64,000 bases of DNA from contig OX597826.1 of NCBI GenBank assembly GCA_951406725.2, positions 52,080,001 to 52,144,000 of the forward strand, given 5' to 3'. The DNA comes from Octopus vulgaris (Eukaryota). Under the pieces are notes generated by a model. That model did no database searches, was not told where the DNA came from, and saw nothing but the letters and a program-made list of their open reading frames with translations. Position 1 is the stretch's first letter. Each line of letters begins with the position of its first letter. Positions 52,632 to 64,000 of the stretch are shown piece by piece. Position numbers and translations under genes: made by a program.

Positions 52632-55314
52632 TTGGGAAGCAAAGTTTTTATCCACACAGTCATACCTGCACCTATGCATATCTTTCTTATGTTTTCATCT
52701 TTTTAATTGTTTCTGGGGCACCACCTCGGAGAATATTTGAGTCGAATGAATCAACCCCAATACTTATTTTTTTAAAGCCTGGTACTTATTCTATTATTGG
52801 TCGCTTGTGATGAACCACTAAGTTACAGGTGCATAAACACACCAGCACCGGTTATCAAGCAGTGATGGGAGACAAACAACGAAACAAAGATAATACACAC
52901 ACACATACATAATGGGCTTCTTTCACTTTCCATCTCCCAAATCTACTCGCAAGACTTTTGTTGGCCTGAGGTTAAAGTAGAAGACACTTTCCCAAGGTGC
53001 CACACAATGGGACTGGACCTGGAATAATGTGGCTGGGAAGCAAGCTTCTTACCTCACAGCCATGCCTGTGCCTTGCTAGAAATTTTCAAACAGCCTCCGG
53101 TCTGTAGCAGAACAGAAATAAAATTAAAGTGAAACAGTGTTATGTAAATAAAAAATTTTAAAAAACCAAAGGAGTAATACCAATATTGTATAGGTCATTG
53201 ATAATTTTTACATATTGATTACTGATAGAGAAAAGATGTGTATATTTTGATATTTTTCCACAATAAAAACACTGATTTTTTAAAATTTTATTGTTTGATT
53301 TTCTTTGTGAGACTTAATGTCTGATAGCTGAAGGAAAATTCAATGGTTGACTGTAAGTTGACAACTTGAATTCCAAGTCCTACCTCAGGCATTGTATTAG
53401 GTTACTAAGTAAATTATCATACTGTATTTGATTAAGTTTGTATAATAAGAGGAAAAGTGCATTATGTACCAAAAATATCTAGGTACAAGTTGAACTGGGT
53501 TTAGATCTTTTTTTTTCAAAAATGGTTGGTTTTTGGAGAATAATGAAACAAACCTGACATGAAATTTAAAACCAGAAATTATTAAATTATTTTAAGCATT
53601 TAAAATGTATGTAAGTGCCTGTGTGGTTGTGTGGTTAAGGCCGTTTCAGTAAGTCTTCAAGCACAGACCTTGGTTAACCTATGTTTGTGAGTGTATTTGC
53701 TGGCTAGAAACTGTACAGAATGCTCTCATATCCATGTATATATTTGTGTGTATGTGTATATGTGTGTGTAAGAAAGAGAGAGTGTGTGTGTGTGTATGTG
53801 TGCATGTGTATATATGTGTATTGGCATTCTATAACTTTGCTCATTGCCATTGCCATCTGAGTGAAACAGTGATGTGATGTTTTTATTCTTTGTGACATTA
53901 TCACTGGCTGCTCTGCTTTTTTAAAGATCGATGGAGTAGAAACCCCTTCCTCGGAAAACAGGTTAGATTGGTGATACAAAGAGCATCTAGTCATAAAATC
54001 TATTTCATATTATTACCCAACAAAGCCATACTTTTATGGAAAAATGTACATTAAATAAAAAAATTTAGCTTATTAACTTACTGTGACTATCCAAACAATC
54101 AAAGAGGTGTAACAATATAACAAAGTATTTTAAAAGTTTGCTTTATAAAATAATGGGCAGATTTTTTATAGACATTACTAATCATTGTTTAATAGTGTAG
54201 AAAATATGAAAATGCCTAGAATTTTTAAACATCTCAGTTTAAATTTTTATTTCCTATATAGCACCAGTACATATTGGAAATTTTTTAAAATATCAGACTT
54301 TGCCATTCTACTCTCCAACAAAACTCTGACTTTATCTCAATGCAAGAAACCGTTCTTCTAAAAGAAAATACTTTAAAACTATCAGAAAGTTCTGAAAATA
54401 CTAAAATATTTTATTGGAGTCTGAAAAAATTTCAGGATATTGAAAGTAAAAAACTCTGTGAAGCCACAAGAATATCTTGGAAGCAAGAAAATAATCTATA
54501 GTTTTTATGAACTATAATAGCCTAATTTGCCTCATAGATGATATTGAAGAAAAACAAAATCAATGAGAGAAATATATTTAGCAGTCATGCATAGACTTGT
54601 GAACAGAAATGAAAAAGAAAATTAGGTAAACTTGTTTTTTGTAATGCAGTTTTATAACTACATATTGTCTAACAGATGTAAGCCATTGTGGTAATTTAAA
54701 ACTTATTGGAGAAAATTTCAGCAAAAACTTAAATGGAACATGCTTTCTCTATTCCAATAATATGCAAAAAAAAAGCTGCACAATTAGAAGTGATAAAAAT
54801 AAAAAACATATTTGCATGAATATATTTAGTTTTAGACAATACAATATATAATAATAATACCCTCAATTGAGACAGCCATATTCTTCCAATACAGCTAAGA
54901 CTGTATAAAAATACATCTAAGTACACACAGCTAAGACTATAAAAATGATTGGGTTTTCCTTTTTAAGCCTGAAAAATTTTTCCTTGTATATTTTAAAGTA
55001 GAAACGCATAGTCTTTAAATGATAACTTAGAATATATCCATGTTTCTTGCTCACATCAGAAAAACACCAGCTCATAACAAGTGTCTCACTAACAAGGACT
55101 CATTGATGAAACGATGTTCTTTTTTTGTATATTCTGCTTTATTCTTGAATATTCTGTGTCTATTCCATCTCTTCATTTATCCACACTAACTGTTCTTACT
55201 ATATTTCACATTTGGCCTGTATGTTTAACACTTAATTCAAGCCTCCTTTGGAACTACAAATTTGTTCTCAGATTTTCCCATCGACTACGGACTATGAATA
55301 TATATGTATATATG

Positions 55315-55400
<86 letters not shown>

Positions 55401-56440
55401 TCTTTAAGTATCCATTCAGTATGTTATTTTACTCAAAATGTGAAATGTTATGTTTTAGCTGATAAATGCAAACATGAAAATGGAAAGACAGCGCTGGAAG
55501 CGGGCTCACTAGTAGTAGTAATAGTAGTAGTAATGATGATAATGATGATTATGATAGTAATTATAATGTTCTGAATTTTGGTACAAGTCCAGCAATTTTA
55601 AGGGAAAGGAGCAAGTTGATTACATCAACTCCCATATTTGAATGATATTTATTTTACTGATCCTGAAATGATTAAGGGCAAAGTCAAACCTCAGCAGAAA
55701 AATTTGAACTCAGACTGTAATGAGTCTTAAAAACTACCATGAAACACTTTTTCTGACACTCTAAAAGTTCTGTCATCTTGAGGCTGAAATAGTAATGGTA
55801 ATAATACTACCACATTCATTTGTCTACTCTCTCCTTCCCTCACCAGACTTATGTATGAGAAATATTCAACATCCAGCTAGCATTCTAACTCTACACATCT
55901 TTCTCTCCTCAGCATAATTTCTGTTTATCTGTCCCAGCTATAAATCTGTCCCTCTTATCAAACTTCACTCTCCCTTATCACCTTGCTGCTCTGTCTCCTA
56001 TCCTTTAAACTATTTAGCTTTAAGGCTATCTCACCAAGGCTAGTGCCACACACAAAAAAAAAAGAAGCTAGTATATGCTGTGATGTAATTTGGCATTAGG
56101 AAGGGCATCCAACAATATAAACCATGCCAGAAGTGATACTGGAGCATAATTAGGTCCTCTGACTTGTTGGTTATTGTTAAATTGTCCATCCATGCAAGCC
56201 GAGAAAGCAGACAGTAAATGGTTATTGTGATAATTATGATGATGATGTTTCTAAGTAAGTCACAAAGCAAACAACTTTTAGGTTGAAGTACTTGAAATCA
56301 GTAGGATTTGAAGTAGAATGTTAAAAAACCATTCAATGCTCTAAGAATTCTGCCAATCCACTACCTTAATATTCAATGTGCTAAGAATTCTGCTAATACT
56401 CTACCATAATAATAATAATAGTAATAATAATAATAAATGA

Positions 56441-56925
56441 TCCAGGCTAATTGACCAGACATAGTCATTAATGAGAGGGAGATAATACTTGTGGACTAAT
56501 AGACGTGTTTCCACTGATAAAAATATACCTGTAAAGGAATTTGACAAAGTAAGTAAATATAAGGACTGGAAATTGAAATACAAAATATGTGGCATCTTAA
56601 AGTGAGAACTGTTCATGTTATTGTAACTGCCCTAGGTATGATAAAAAAGGGATGTCAGAAACCTCTAGATAAGATCCCAGGAGAACCATGTCTCAGAAAA
56701 ATCCAAAAGATTGTGCAGACAAGTACTGCTCACATCCTTAGAAAAATCCTATCTGTTTAAATGTCTGTGTTGTATTACATGAAAATATTTTGCTACTGCC
56801 CTGGCCACATCCCCACCCCAAGCTTTCAGTCATACTGTACCATCTCTTATCCTTCACTCACCCTAGGATGCTGAATGCGTTTCAGCAAGTGATTGTAACA
56901 AACATGCAGATTAAAAGTAAAAAAA
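56441..56925 (+). mobile_element. R4/Dong-like 3' fragment (RLE domain + 3' UTR) between (TAA)n tracts
   Basis: PDIVI, LIDV, EFDKVSKYKD, EIQNMWHLK, VIVTALGMIKK, IQKIVQTSTAHILRKILSV*. Confidence 0.8.
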
Positions 56926-57109
56926 AAAAAATAATGATGATAATGTACCAGGCAGTGGCTCTCATGGCTTCTGATCTTAACCGATTGGAAGTGTTACATA
57001 TAAGTGTTACAAATGTTGGTGACTGGACAGCCCTCAGTTCATAACTGGTATTTATTTCATTGACCTTCTGCAGAGATGAAAGAAAAAGTACCACAGCAAT
57101 AATAATAAT

Positions 57110-57272
57110 GATTTCAAATTGTAGCAATGGCCAGCAATTTTGGGGGAGGGGATAAGTTGATTACATCAACCACAGTGTGTAACTGGTACTTATTTTATAG
57201 ACCCCAAAAGTATGAAATACCACTAAGCATTTTGCCCAGTGTACTTGTTGGCATAACAACAACAACAACAAC

Positions 57273-57323
<51 letters not shown>

Positions 57324-58102
57324 GATGATGATGATGATTACAAATTTTGGCATGAGGCCAGCACTTTTGGGGAGGGGTTAAATTGATTGCCTCAACCCCA
57401 GTGTTTAACTGGTATGTATTTTATCAGCCTCAAAAGGATGAAAGGCAAAGTCAACCTTGGCAGAATTTGAATTCAGAACATAGAGATGGATAAAATGCTG
57501 CTAAGCATTTTGCCAGGTGCACTAACGATTCTGCCAGCTCACTGTCTTAAAAATAATGATAATAATGATAACAATAATAATAATAATAATAATAATCCTT
57601 TCTTCTATCTGCTGTAGGCACAAGGTCTGAAATTTTGTGGAAGGGGTCTAGTCAACTTCATCAACCCCAGTACTTGATTTGTACATACTTTATTGACCCC
57701 GAAAGGATGAAAAAGTAAAATTAACCTCAGTAGAATTTGAAATCACATTGTAAAACCAAAAGAAATGCCACTAAGCATTCTGCCGGCCCTAATAAAGCTA
57801 ATAGTAGTAGTAATAATAATAATAAGGATAAAAAAACCCAAAATGGCAGAAATTCAAAAGATAGTGCTCATGGGAACTACTCATATCCTACGCAAAATAC
57901 TTTCTATGTAATCTCAAGTTTTAAAACAAACATAATTTTTGTATGGGTTTTTTAGACATTCACTAGTATAACACTAAATACAAAACCAAATATATGGCAC
58001 ACTAGGAATAACAACAAGATGAACTTCCAACCTGTTGTCTCTTGAGGTCTCTGGGTGAGACTTGGAGCCAACTTGTACAAATGTAAAACAAAGTCAAACA
58101 TA

Positions 58103-58159
<57 letters not shown>

Positions 58160-58372
58160 TGATTTCAAATTTTGGCACAAGGCCATCAAGTCCAGGGGAA
58201 GGGGTAAGTCAATTACATTGACCTCGGTGCTCAGCTGGTACTTATTTTATTAACCTCGAAATGTTGAAAGGTAAAGTCAACCTTGGCAGAATTTGAACTC
58301 AAAATGTAAAGATGGACGAAATGCTGCTAAGCATTTTGCCTAGCATACTAATGATTCTGTCAGCTCACCACA
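57110..58372 (-). mobile_element. Cluster of four SINE family B copies separated by (AAT)n tracts
   Basis: Repeated CAAATTTTGGCA..AGGCCAGCA...CTGGTACTTATTTTAT...GCAGAATTTGAA...CTAAGCATTT at about 57110, 57340, 57610 and 58160. Confidence 0.75.
57830..58104 (+). mobile_element. R4/Dong-like extreme 3' fragment between (TAA)n tracts
   Basis: EIQKIVLMGTTHILRKILSM* then a 3' UTR running into (AAT)n. Confidence 0.75.
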
Positions 58373-58974
58373 ATAATAATAATAAGAATAATAATAATAA
58401 TGATAATAATAATAATAATAATAATAATAAGAATAAGAATATTAATAATGATATCCAAAATTTCTGAGACTAATTATAGGTTCTTTGAATAAAGTTAGAT
58501 AATTCCATAGTTCATGAATATTTTATTTAGTTTGACTTCAGATAATACCAATTCTAATGAATATTTGACCTTCATGGAAGTATCAGAATTATTAGTCAAA
58601 TACTTTGATTTAAATATTTAAAAGAGTTTCAGTGTTTTGATGCACAGATTATTATTAATTTAGCTTGATTCTGACAATAACTAAACATATCAGATATGAG
58701 TTTTAAAAAAAAACATCAAACAAACAAACAAAAGACAAAAGAAAATATAGTCATTTTTTTTCTGCTACAATATTGTTTCTACATTAGAATCATACCTGTG
58801 GAACAGTTTCAAAAACACTGGTACAGTATGGAAATATTTTAAACTAGAACCAATTTCTCTGGTTTAAAAAATTAATATCATTTGTATTTAGACTTTCTCT
58901 TTCATATTGAACCTTTGACAAAGAACCAAACACCTTTCTACTCAATCAACTCAGTGTAATTACAAGCCTGTTAC

Positions 58975-59121
58975 CATATGTATTTTGATGTTACTCCTTT
59001 CTGATATTTCAGGCGTTCCAGTTCCAGGTAGGTCTTCTTGAAGTCAATTGATTCAGCACAAATGCTTGTGTCTTGTGTCTTTTGAGAGATACTGTTACCA
59101 AGCATGGCAAACAAATCTTTG
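58975..59121 (-). CDS. Candidate coding exon (KDLFAMLGNSISQKTQDTSICAESIDFKKTYLELERLKYQKGVTSKYI-W)
   Basis: T-rich acceptor tttttttttggttttttgttaaaAG, 147 nt symmetric phase-2 exon, donor tg/GTaac, higher GC than flanks. Confidence 0.5.
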
Positions 59122-59530
59122 CTTTTAACAAAAAACCAAAAAAAAACTAACATGTACTAATAAACATAAATTTTTCAAATTGTTTCCCTTGCTTTACTTA
59201 TAGCATATTCTTTAAACTGTGGTCATAGCAAGTTGTGTTCTGATGGGATTTCTATCTAGAAAAAAAAAAGTTTAAAAAATATATCTTGGAAAATCTCATT
59301 AACAATGAACAGGACCAAGAAATATGGCAGCAGGGGAGGGAAATGCTATCTTATCTTTTTTTGATGTTACCCTAATATTATCCTACCATTCTTTTTTTTA
59401 CTGTTGTTCTATGATTCACCAAATATTTCACTGTCAAATGTTAACCCAGTTTTTAGTGTTCAGTTATATTTAACCCTTACCCTACTATTGTTTACTTCAC
59501 GCAATGGTTTATTCTTCTTCTTATAATTAC

Positions 59531-59590
<60 letters not shown>

Positions 59591-61501
59591 CAACATCATT
59601 TACAGGTTGGTTTAGAACTGCTTCATATTTTTATGATTTATTTATGTATGTGGTCGACATTATTTGGATGGCTATTTACTGTGATGACCTACTATAAGTG
59701 TCAACTTTATCCAAATACTAGCAAGCTACAGCTAAGCTATTCTTTTCACTCATTACAGAAAAAACAAAACAAATAAGATATTTCATACTTAGACACTGTT
59801 TTATCAGTTATGTTAGTTTCTAGATCTATTTGATAAAAGTATTTGAGCACTTGAGCATAAATGGAAGAGTAAAAAAAAGTGATGAGTTAACAGTTGAAAT
59901 GTCAGTGATTACAGGATACTGTATAACTGTTGTGCTCGTAGCGATCTGTCTCTAGCTAACACATTTAACTACCAGTAGCCCAGTTTACCAAAAACCACAC
60001 ACTAAACAATGGTGCCATAGTATAATTCGCTGGTGTTTCATAGTACAGCTCAGTGTGATCAGTGGTACCATAGTGATATTAGTAAGTGTTTCATCAACTT
60101 GCACTTAAAACTTACTTGGAGGATGAATTTTGAGATTGTGATTCTAGTTTAATTAGCTGTAGCTTCTCCTTGAAATTGGAGTCTTCAACGATATACATAA
60201 ATGCTATTTAATGACATTTTCTGTTATTTGATATTTAATACTATACTGCATGAAATAACAGATATAGAATTGAAGTATGATTTCAGATACTGGGTTCAGA
60301 CAAATAACAGGTGTGGTGTGCTCAGCATAGAATTCTATAACTCTTCTCACCCAGATAGTGGACATTATATAACCCTGATCACCTAGATATAAGAAATTCT
60401 ATAACTTTGGTCATCTAGGTGTCTTAATTCTCTAAGCTACATATTGAATCTATCAGAGCATTTAGAAATGTTATTTTCCTTAGACTACCCCAAAGAAGAT
60501 CATCCACGACATAATATAATATAAAGCTGGAGCTAAAAGTAAGCTCTTAAGAACCCCTAAATGATATTACAATTCTTTAATTAATTCAATTATATATTTT
60601 ATACATGTGTTTTGTATTAAGTTTATAAATTGTGCTTTTTATCTGTGATTTTTTTAAACCATAAATTCAGCCATAAATCTTCCCAATAATTTGGCTAACC
60701 TGCCGAGCTATTGTCAGTTGTATTGATGTGCTTTTTATTTTGAAAATGCCAAAAACGTCTAAAACTACAATTTCAGTGCTTAAGCAGCCAAGAATCTCTT
60801 TCATAACTTGTTCAAGTTTGTGCTATGGAAATGGAATATGTTCTGTGTTTTTGTGTATTTTTCATGTCTCGTCTTTATTCACCATGTGTGAATTATTAAA
60901 TATTTTAAATTCCCATCACTTACCTCATCATTGACCAGTTTTTCAGAATACCAGGTTAGTAGCTAGGCTGTCTCTAACTAAACATTTTCCTTCTGAATAG
61001 AAAAGTTTTCGTGATATTTTAAGCTTCATGATATATTTAACTGCATCATATTTTATGCTTCATTATATCTCGAACTTCATAATACTTTTAAACATCATAT
61101 CACTAAGGAAGGACAAGTGATTGCACCAAAAAATATTTTATTAACACTGAATAAATAAACATTATTGTTATGAAATTTAGCTCACCAGTTTCAATAAACT
61201 TTTTAAAAAATCAATTTTATAACTAAAAAATCATTTCCAGAAAATTCCCATATTCATTGAAATACTCAAATGAAAAAAAAAATACTTTGATTTTTCCTGC
61301 TAACACATTGAAATCAATCAAATATCTATGAATATCCCATCACTTCAGGAAAATTTATAGATATTTGCATTTTTTTTTTGTATTTTATTCATTTATTTAT
61401 TCATTTATTTTTTATGTGTTGTTTGCGAACCTCTTTCAATTTACCTCTTCCACATTTTCTACTTTTCTCTCAGTAACTCATTCTGTTTCTGTCTCTCTCT
61501 T

Positions 61502-61565
<64 letters not shown>

Positions 61566-62372
61566 TCTATCTATCTTCACCATTTATATCCATGTTTGCC
61601 AATTGTGTTCATAGTTCCAGTTAAATAACTTCTTGAATGTAAACATATTTCTAGACCTGACAAAATATGATCAATATGAAGGAAATAATTTCTTTAATAA
61701 ACTTTAAAATATTGTTATATTATATAAAAATATATCAGAAAAACAAAAAAACTCCCCAAACATTTTGATATACATGCGGTAGTTTATTGAATGGCCAATT
61801 TATTAACTATATCTAATATCTGATAAATTGGATATTTTATATGTCGTTTGTAGCAACCAGTTTATTGCATACAGTTAGTATCTATTAAATTGAGTATTTT
61901 ATATGGTATCAACATCCCCCCTCTTCCCACTCCTCACCATTATCATTGTTGTCATCATTGTCATCATCATCACCATTATCATCCCCATCATCATTACCTT
62001 CCCTTGTCATCTTCGCCATCATTATCTTCCTCTATCATCATCATCATCATCATACCACATTACCACCACAACTGCTGCTGTTACCAGTGCTGTCATTGTC
62101 TTCTTCATCATCATCTTCCACCTGCACCATCACCTCCACATCTTCCTCATCATCATCATCATACTACTGCAGCTGCCAATGCTGTCATAATCATCATTTC
62201 ATATCTGTTCTTCCTTCTGCGGATAGGACAGACCTCACAGCATTTTCAACATCTACTGCAGTACTTTGTTATTTGGTATACACACAGCTGCCAATGTGAG
62301 AGTTATTATGCGATTGCTTGATCTGTTGGAAATAGCAGCCAAATATTTTATCAATCACACCCTACTGTCTTC

Positions 62373-62407
<35 letters not shown>

Positions 62408-62515
62408 GTCAGTACAGATAAAGGGTGAAATATAATTAATCTAGTAAAAATCAACAAATTTCACCAAGTAGTATTTCGGTATGGAAAAGGACCATATTTG
62501 GTAAAATTATATCTA

Positions 62516-62709
62516 ATTATAACAATGAGGGTCTTTGCAACAAGTTGCTAGACCACATACTGAAAGTATTAGAAATAGCAGCCAGAGGACTGTTATTTGT
62601 AACAAATACTGTTGTCGATGGGGACATATTTTTGTAGTAAAAGAAATAACAGTCCTCTGGCTGCTATTTCTAATACTTTCGTTGTTGCAAAGACCCTCAT
62701 TGTTATAAT
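62516..62709. repeat. Foldback/MITE-like inverted repeat
   Basis: ATTATAACAATGAGGGTCTTTGCAACAA and GAAAGTATTAGAAATAGCAGCCAGAGGACTGTTATTT are both mirrored exactly. The left arm has an extra ~18 nt; ~45-nt spacer. Confidence 0.85.
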
Positions 62710-62732
62710 CATATATGTATATATGTAGTGTG

Positions 62733-63035
62733 TTTTTTGTTCCGTCTCGAGCCATGCCCAGCTCATAAGGGCTGGTTTCCCAGTTTCCTTGGCATATAGG
62801 TTCCCCACCTGGATGGGACGCCAGTCCATCGCAGGTGAGCTGCAAGATGCAGGAGAAAAGAGTGAGAGAAAGTTGTGGCGAAAGAGTCAGCAGAAGTTCA
62901 CCATTACCTTCTGCCGGAGCCGCATGAAGCTTAGGTATTTCGCTCATAAACACACACATCGCCCGGTCTGAGATTCGTACCTGCGATCCCTCGACCATGA
63001 GTCCACTGCTCTAACCACTAGGCCATGTGCCTCCA
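62733..63035 (-). mobile_element. tRNA-derived SINE with a V-SINE-like central motif
   Basis: Head GGCACATGGCCTAGTGGTTAGAGCAGTGGACT...CAGGTACGAATCTC; internal CCTGCGATGGACTGGCGTCCCATCCAGG. Confidence 0.7.
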
Positions 63036-63807
63036 CATTTATTTTTTCTAAAATTTTTGTTATCTCTTACAACCTCTTCAATAGTTGTTGACTCTGTCCA
63101 TTATTGGAGCTGGGTTCTTTTTGTTTGTTTGTTTGTGCAGATGTGTGTGCATCAGTGTGCATGTGTATACACATATGTATATATGTATGTGTGTATGTAT
63201 GTAGGCATGTGTGCATATATGCATATACATATGTATGCATATGTGTGTTTGTATGTATGTATTCTGCATATTCATTTATTTTCATGTGTTTATGTGTTCT
63301 TGTTTGTGCATTTGTATGTGTGTGTGTGTGTATTTGTGTGTGTACCACTGTCTCCTTGTGTGTACATGTTTCTACCTTCTACATGCATATGTATACATAC
63401 ATACGTATGCACACACATACATATATACATCTATCCATCCACCCGTCCATACATACATACAGATATATATATACACATGCACACTGATGTACAGACATGT
63501 GCACAAACAAACAAATAGAATGCAGCTCCGGTAATGGATTGAGTTAACGCTTATTTAAGAGGTTGCAAGAAGCAATGAAAATTTTAGAAAAAGTAAGTAA
63601 TATGACTGGAAATTGAACCAGCGAATGTGATAATTAATAAGGCATTAAAACAGAATTACTCTCCCCAGACTATAAAATATGCTCCAACACACGAATTCAC
63701 ATAAAAAATCTTGCAACCAAATCCAAAAACGAAATATATATATATAGTTGGAATTTAAAAGTAACAAACAAAACAAAAGACGAATATAGGTGTGTAAACA
63801 ACAAAAG

Positions 63808-63986
<179 letters not shown>

Positions 63987-64000
63987 GTAGGAATGTAGAT

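Noticed and set aside
62455-62512. Degenerate hammerhead-like string on the minus strand near (TA)n (CCAAATA...CGAAATACTAC)
   Set aside because: The core differs at essential positions and stems I and III cannot be drawn convincingly.
62960-63035. Possible tRNA gene (also the heads at ~37545-37618 and ~16930-17000)
   Set aside because: No complete cloverleaf with a paired acceptor stem; each head continues into a repeated SINE body.

Overview
AT-rich, microsatellite-dense animal genomic DNA. The repeat repertoire looks like that of an octopus or other cephalopod, which is an inference. Most of the window is intron-like or intergenic sequence filled with decayed retroelements (R4/Dong-like, RTE-like, CR1-like, Tx1-like, an old Penelope-like fragment), a mariner relic, MITE-like hairpins and many tRNA-derived SINEs. 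A few candidate host exons have good splice sites. The outstanding feature is a very young 6.5-kb Penelope-like retroelement (RT + GIY-YIG, probably Naiad-type) inserted in a (TA)n tract at 22453-28942. It consists of one complete 2590-bp unit, a tandem 5'-truncated copy and an inverted 5'-truncated copy, the last two forming a 1816-bp near-perfect inverted repeat. Each copy carries a non-canonical type I hammerhead-ribozyme-like fold in its 3' region. The two outer ends stop at different ATA microhomologies downstream of the predicted cleavage site. Most ORFs in the supplied track are microsatellite or antisense artefacts.
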